A DNA stretch of 64,000 bases from Phoronis australis. Its lineage: Eukaryota > Animalia > Phoronida. The DNA lies in assembly GCA_002633005.1 (NCBI GenBank), contig NMRA01000477.1:45249-109248 (forward strand), written 5' to 3'. The notes under the pieces were generated by a model. It did no database searches, was not told the DNA's origin, and was given only the letters and a program-made list of their open reading frames with translations. Below, piece by piece: positions 57,401 through 64,000 of this stretch; positions within the stretch are counted from its first letter, which is position 1; the number at the start of each line of letters is the position of its first letter. The translations under genes were made by a program, and so were the position numbers.

Positions 57401-60400
57401 GCATCTCATTAATGACAAACGCCACCTAAATTAAAATTTCACTGGTGCACATGTCCAAAGTAGGGCGGGGGATGAGAAACGCACGTCAGCATCGAAAGTA
57501 CGCGTTTCCTTTCGTTAGCTATGCCAACACAGTGAAGTTGCCAGTCTCCCAGAAAATTACCGAGGGAATGCGTGCAATTCCACTGGATTCCCGGGTCAAT
57601 TGAACAAGACTCCAGCAAAAATTTCCCAGCGGCCGCTGTCTCATAACTAAGGCAGCTGGCCAAGGCAGTATCAGTTTCGTTTCCTACACAGTCAAACCAA
57701 TTCCGTGTCTAGGTGGAAGCTTATACAGGTAGTTTTGTCAACAAAAACCAGGGGGCATCCAGTGCTCTGTGTCTGAATTAGCCCTAAGGGACTTCCAATG
57801 CTAAGGTTATGTGTGTGTATGACCTTATCAACAAGCCTTTAAAATTTAGTCAAACATTTCTAAATCACAGAATTTACTTCAGTGAAAGTATATATCTTTT
57901 TAGAACAAAGAAAGTGGTTGGAATTTCCACTTCTTGCTTTGAACCAAACTCCAAGCAAAGTGTCGGCATCGATATCAAGACTAAAATTCTTCTGCTCTAC
58001 TTGGTAAATGAAATCTCAAAAGAAATTGTTAGTGTTGCTTTCGTTTGACAGACCCTAAACAGAAAACTTGAAGCAAACTTCCTAGCAAAATTTTGTAGTA
58101 CAGCGGATAAAGCCTACAGTATCTGAAAGAATCGTTTCAATCCGATCACCTCAAAATGACACAGCGTCAAGGGGAAAGCCAGGGAGGAAATTCTGGAGAG
58201 AAAAAAACACTGGGCCATCAGCATAATTCCAGTGAACACCTCCCCTGAGGCAAGAGGCCAATTTCACCAAATTACCCCTTTCTGGCCATCAGCACACAAT
58301 GGCTGACAAGTTGGCACTTTTTATGTCTACAAGCCGACAAGTATGTAATGGGACACAACTGAGTTTTGCTAATGAAATTAACGAGAGGAAATTTACTTCG
58401 AAAGCTGCCCTGTCATCGAGTGCTGATCTCATTGAGACGTCAAACAAAGTGTTTGTTTCCATCAAAGCAAACTGCTGCTCTATGTCCTTTTGTCCATTTT
58501 TCTTTGACACATTTTGTATGGCAAAATCTCACCAATTTCAGACAAAAATAATTGTCAAATTTTTTGAGGGCTCCTAACATTGTTGGAATGTCAAAAACTG
58601 TTTAAATGCCATCTGTTAGTATCTGTGGTACAGAGCTTAAAGGTGACAAAGCCTCGTTATTGGCAAGTGCGTTATTTACAAAAAAAATCAGAAAATAAAA
58701 CATCACCTGTCCGCCATAAGTAGTGCAATTTTTACACATCACGAAACTTGCACATTATATTTAAAAACAAAAATCATTAAACTTAAAGAATATCTTTGTC
58801 AGAACCTCATTCTTTTTGTAAAGCGAAGTTCCAAAACATTGGCTTTCCTCTTTCTACAGTGGCTTTCACTAACAATTTTAGACAAAATTGTTAACGCATT
58901 CACCTAGCACAGATTTTGTTCGCACTTGAAATTTTCCAATAATTACAAACAAGCCCTAACCACAACTCTCACAGTTATCGACCCTCATAAATGACAAATA
59001 CTCAACTTACGTGTACAATCAACTATATCTCTCCAATATCGACTACATACTTGGATGGCCGTGAATATCTGAAACAAATATTTGTAAAATCACCAGTCAA
59101 TAATAACTCCAACATGACAAAAGCCCTCTCATATTCCTAACCACCAAAAGTCATCAACAATGGTAAACGCCCAGGTTTTTTCAAATCAGCTATGACAAAA
59201 ATGTTTGACCTATTTACAACAATGAACAACGTGTGGATGAACCAACGTTATCTAATGAGAAATAAATTTACCAACTGATATGCTATGCAGTCAAGGAGGT
59301 GCTCAATAAGTGGCATGGTGTATCGGACCAAGAAAAAATCCATAAAAGTAAAAGGTCTCATCCGATTCTCGTTTTTTTACCAGCTAAGCAGGGCAACATG
59401 AAGTTTTAATTACTTTTGCTGAGTGTGCTGCAGGTGGGAGGTTTGGACCACGAGTCTGGGGTCTGCAGGTTGGGGCGAGGATATTCAAATGACTGAATGG
59501 CTATTGTAACAGTTCCCCTACTGCTTACTTGTGATGTCATGTATAACACCTACTGGGACCAACACCCACAGTCAGTGACACACCCACACAAATTTTAAGA
59601 GCCTAGGTTCAGTTCCTCCAATTAAACCCCACTCAATGACTTTTCAATTGTCAATACCTTATGGGCAAACCTGTACAAATGTTAGTTATCTTTGTAGTGA
59701 AACTGATAAGTTCAGTCATGCTAAGGTATTGCAGGAATTATCCGCCTATCATAGCGTTCCTTAGTTACTGGAACACTGGTTCATTTTATGTTCACACAAA
59801 CAATGCAATAAACCTTCACATGTTTAGCACATCAATGTAATATGGATAAAGAGGAATTTCGCTTCATACAGGTTCGAAACCAGCATTACCTTACTCAGCT
59901 AAGGTGGCAGTGGTCAGCGACACACAGCGACCTGTGTACACGTCATAAACAGGCCCTGTAGATTGACAAGTTGAGTCAAATTTATTTTAAGCAAAATGTC
60001 AAAAAAACTACACAAGTCTGAAAGTGATGGATACTTTTCCTTAGTATTTTGACCACTGACCAAATGGCCACTGCTTATCACTTTGCTACGTACGTTGTGC
60101 ATTTTCCCAGACAAAAAAACATTTTGAAGATTAAGAAATAATAATTAGCTTCATTTTAATTTTCAAATAAGACCACTTCCAACACGTCTTACTTCAGAGA
60201 TTGCATCAACAAATGATCTCTTGTCCTGAGACTGTCAGGGCTCTGCACATGCAGTCGTTCAAAATTCAGACCAAGAACCACTTCACTTCTCCAATTAAAC
60301 ATTAAAGGACCGTATCCCTTCCCACTTGTCGCCCAATCAGGAAAATCCGAAACAAATAGACGAACCCTTACAAACTGTCTCACAAATTTCTTTGCCATGC

Positions 60401-60461
60401 TACTGGTAGCAAACTACCTTCAAAGGGAAATAGGTCGTCATCTGTGAGAAGCAGACGACTT

Positions 60462-60790
60462 TTTAAAGGGACATAATCCGTTTTACTGCCAAAAACGCAC
60501 TATCAAGATTATTATTGGATGGGATAGACAGCTTTAAACTATTTTGGTTTCGACCAGAGCTAAAAAAACAACAAAATCTGTTGTTTTGGTGATTTTATTA
60601 CAAATCGTCAATTCTCGCCGTTGTCTGCCACACATTCACTGAAATCAAGGACAAAGACTTTGATCAATTAAAGTGACGGTTAAAACAGTCTTGCCACTTA
60701 TCAAGCGGGTTTTAGTTCCGAGTCAAACTGTGGCGTCTGCAGTTACAGGCTGAATTCTGCGTTACGACCGATCTCAGAAATCCCTCGGTG
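60462..60790. mobile_element. Interspersed repeat relic related to 19960-20220 / 22667-22925; TTAA-AGG start, possibly Kolobok-like
   Basis: Shared ordered blocks ttggatgggatagac, cagagcta.aaaa, ttatcaag.gggttt.ag, aaactgtg; begins TTAAAGGGACA. Confidence 0.5.
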
Positions 60791-63700
60791 GTAATGTCAT
60801 TCGTTTTACTTGCCAAAAAACCTGAAAACTATGACTGTGGCAATACAGCTCACAGTACAGAATGATAAGTGGGACATCTTGAATGGTGAATAACCCTGCT
60901 TTTAGTTAGCATTTTACTACTGAGCACAAAAGAAATAACACTTCAAATGCTTACAAAACGATATTTGTAAAAAATACGACTCCCATAAAAATCAAACTAA
61001 CCATGCGTTCTTTGATCCAAGCCTCAGAGATTAAGCACCAAAGGCATCTTGTATTTAAGACAAATTAAAAGAAACTCTACAAAAACAATTTCCATGGTAA
61101 CTGTTCATTAGCAACCAGAAGGAAATAATTTTTCTTCATTATAGTAATGTTGGAGTACCAATTGCTAACTGGCCATCAACCATAGCTTTTTAAGTGGCAG
61201 CTACCGCCTCTCTCATAAGAAACGACACAATAAATCAACAAGAAAATGGAACTGGGCTAACATACTGATAATAGGTGGGTGCTGTTGGGAAATCTAAAAT
61301 GGCTATTTAGAGAGTAAAGCAACATTTCAATTTTCGCCACGTCAACACTAAGGCAGCATCTGTCTTCTCAATCATCTTCTGAAAAAATGCACAGCCTCAC
61401 TGAACTGCCAACAGGGAACTCAAAATGTTAACTCAAACAATTGGTGTTAAATCATAAAGTTTAGGTGTTTTCTAAGACTGGGAGTAGCAACAGAGGTAGA
61501 AAGCTGAACAAAAATTCCCATACATTAAATGTAACCTAAGTTCACATAATGTGACCCACAAATAAAAACCAGGTGACACCATGCATGCACACACAACAGA
61601 AATGCCATTGTATTCAGCAGGAGGCCCACTTGGCCCTGTGTGCTTTTAAATTGTCTCTGAATTAGGGCTCATTACAACAACTGGGTCTATGTGCTGGTAC
61701 TAATAGTTAGTTCATTTACCCGCAGACACCAGACCAATGAAAACTGAAGTCTTATGTCGCTTTCCCACCAACACTGCAATGAGCCACTCTAGTCTATCAC
61801 AACTCCATATAAATTCCCATTGACTGACAACATCGGAGTTACCCTTAGTTCTCTGATTTTAACACCAGGTGGCATATTTGAATGGTATTCTCAAACTAAT
61901 GGTTTTCACTTATTAGAATATCGATCTCGGCATCCAGCCAACTATACCTGCTTTTTTATTTTGTTAACATTTCTGTGAGAGTGATAGTTGGTAATGAAAG
62001 ACATGGGATTGACGACTGTTTCGTTGAAATTCACATCATTGATTTTGCAATCTCTAGCAGTTACTTCAGCCGAAGTGGAGTTAACGTTTCCCACTGAAGC
62101 AGTTGTGCAACTCCACATCCTAATCCACCAACTTTGAGAGGAGTTGCGGTGGCTAATTAAGTCCGGGAGTTAAGCTTTCTCATAGAGTGGAACTTCGCAA
62201 AACATGGGCGTGGTATTGTTGGTGAGAAAGCAACATTACAATTCACGAACATTGCTGTCCAAAAACCACCCAACTGTTTGATGTTCATCTTTAAAAACCC
62301 AAATAATCACCTCTTCCTGAGTTTGCTGTCAATCAAGAGATTGTCACTTGCTTCATCACTTTTCACACAACTTCCACCAAGCTAGGATTTCGTCATTTTT
62401 TTGAAGTATTGTGCTAAACCTAAACCATACACAAAGCCAACACTGCTTGTTGAAAACTGGGATTGCAAGCTCGCAACAAAAAATTTCTTCAACAGCCACT
62501 CATATAGAAGCATTCCACCCCAAATGAACTGTGCAAGGACTTAACCAGATTTAAATTTTCAACAGACATGCCACCTTCTGAACCCAGTCGGTACCATAGG
62601 AAAAAGGTCAAATGTCAAGACCTAGGAGCATTCACAAATGATGTGAATAACAGCAAAATATTTTAATTAGAATAATGAGGTATTCACTGATGAAGATTAG
62701 ATGATTTGCCATGAAAATATTGTGAATGCTTCATCATACAGCTGAAAAGACGACAACTGTACAAGTATTAGTACATAACAAGGAGTTTCCAAGTTCTCAG
62801 CTTTGCGTTTTAAATAAAATGGTCAACTTCAAAGTAAGATAAAGGAACAATAAACTGTAGAAGGGAAGCAGTGATAAGGTTATGTAGGACCTTTGGTATC
62901 TACAAAACTAGTAGTAAAAATATTTTTTCTGTAAGTAGGAGCCTGTAGAATTTGATTTTGTACTGTTTTACCAATATGTCAATTATTGGGTTACGTGTCT
63001 TTTCACGAAATTTTAGCAAAAATGAAAGGTAGATTGATAGCAAAACGGCAGTATCAATAATATGATTAAATTTAATTCATGCAAATGTTCAAGATGGGAT
63101 CTCAAAAAAGTTTACTAAAACATCTTTTAGTTTTTGTTTTACGCTAACACCTCGCCGTTTTTAATTTCTCCACCGTGCCTACTATGAGAGTCTTGAGAAA
63201 TCGTAGATATAAACACCACAACCAACGAAGCCTTTGAAGAATGAAAGAGGGTCATTTTGGCAATTACTTTTGTGTGAAATTGATGAGATTTTATCATAGG
63301 TAGTGAATTAGTGCTCAGGTATTGAGTGGTGACTCAACCTTCAAGAATTAGAGGTAATTAACCTGATGGAGGATATGATGGTGTCTTACTTTGATGGACA
63401 GCATCAAATGATACATCATTTCACGAGATGTGTACGGAAACACAGCGAGGCCACAGCAAACTTTATGGTAACATTTGCACTCCACTTGTTGCCATTTTTA
63501 TGATTGGCAGAAAATACAAGATTACGTAATCCAGTTTTAACACCAAATAACCAACACAGCAATGGCACACTGAAATTGAAATAAGCTTTGTTACTGCCAG
63601 GTGGCAAAAACTGGGTGGATAAACCTTCATTACCAGCAACATTCAAAGCCGTGAGATTCTATAGCCTATTAAAGATTATTTGCCCGCACCAACTGAAAGC

Positions 63701-64000
63701 CGTGAGTGCTCTCTAGAGTCCCGTCCACAACTTGCAATAGTACAAGTTACCCCACTTTTGAGTGGAGGGTCCACACACACATATCTGATAACTACGGTAA
63801 GGCGGAAGTTGTCACTCTCTACGTGACAATGAACACCTAGTGCGAGTACGACGCACAAAAGAAAACCTGTCTGCATATAACCGCAGCTGATAATTCCTTC
63901 CTCTCTACCCCACTTTTGCCACCATACAGCGAGAATAAGTGGGCCAAGTTACCTTAGAACAAGTTACTCCACCTCGATAATGTGTAGTAAGTTGTCACAA

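Noticed and set aside
37000-63600. Many 60-117 aa ORFs in the track
   Set aside because: No domain motifs, random-like composition and no consistent splice chain; expected by chance.
63676-63876. Signal-peptide-like ORF as the gene's first exon
   Set aside because: No strong phase-1 donor follows the hydrophobic stretch; kept only as a weak candidate.

Overview
Eukaryotic (animal, probably marine invertebrate) genomic DNA, AT-rich, with spliceosomal GT-AG introns and no prokaryotic features. One gene dominates the window: a minus-strand Ig/FN3 single-pass receptor of the Ihog/Boi-Cdon-Boc (Hedgehog co-receptor) family. I reconstructed it by hand as 19 non-redundant coding exons from 34799 down to a TAG stop at 7884 (about 1177 aa without the signal-peptide exon). 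All splice phases are compatible. The architecture is Ig1-Ig2-Ig3-Ig4-FN3-Ig-linker-FN3-FN3-TM-cytoplasmic tail; the Ig domain lying between FN3 domains is atypical for this family. The two Ig4 exons appear twice in a ~2.5 kb near-identical duplication joined at a single N (20991), most likely uncollapsed haplotypes, though a real exon-pair duplication is not excluded. Introns contain a 30-bp minisatellite interrupted by a 504-bp TIR element with a 6-bp TSD, a 38-bp repeat that multiplies the TM-exon splice donor, Helentron/HINE-like elements carrying CTCF-like motifs, a THAP relic and other repeat relics. Region 35-64 kb has no convincing coding sequence and is probably large 5' intron or upstream DNA. 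I found no well-supported wholly new biological system; the best leads are the domain architecture, the donor-site array and the Ig4 duplication.
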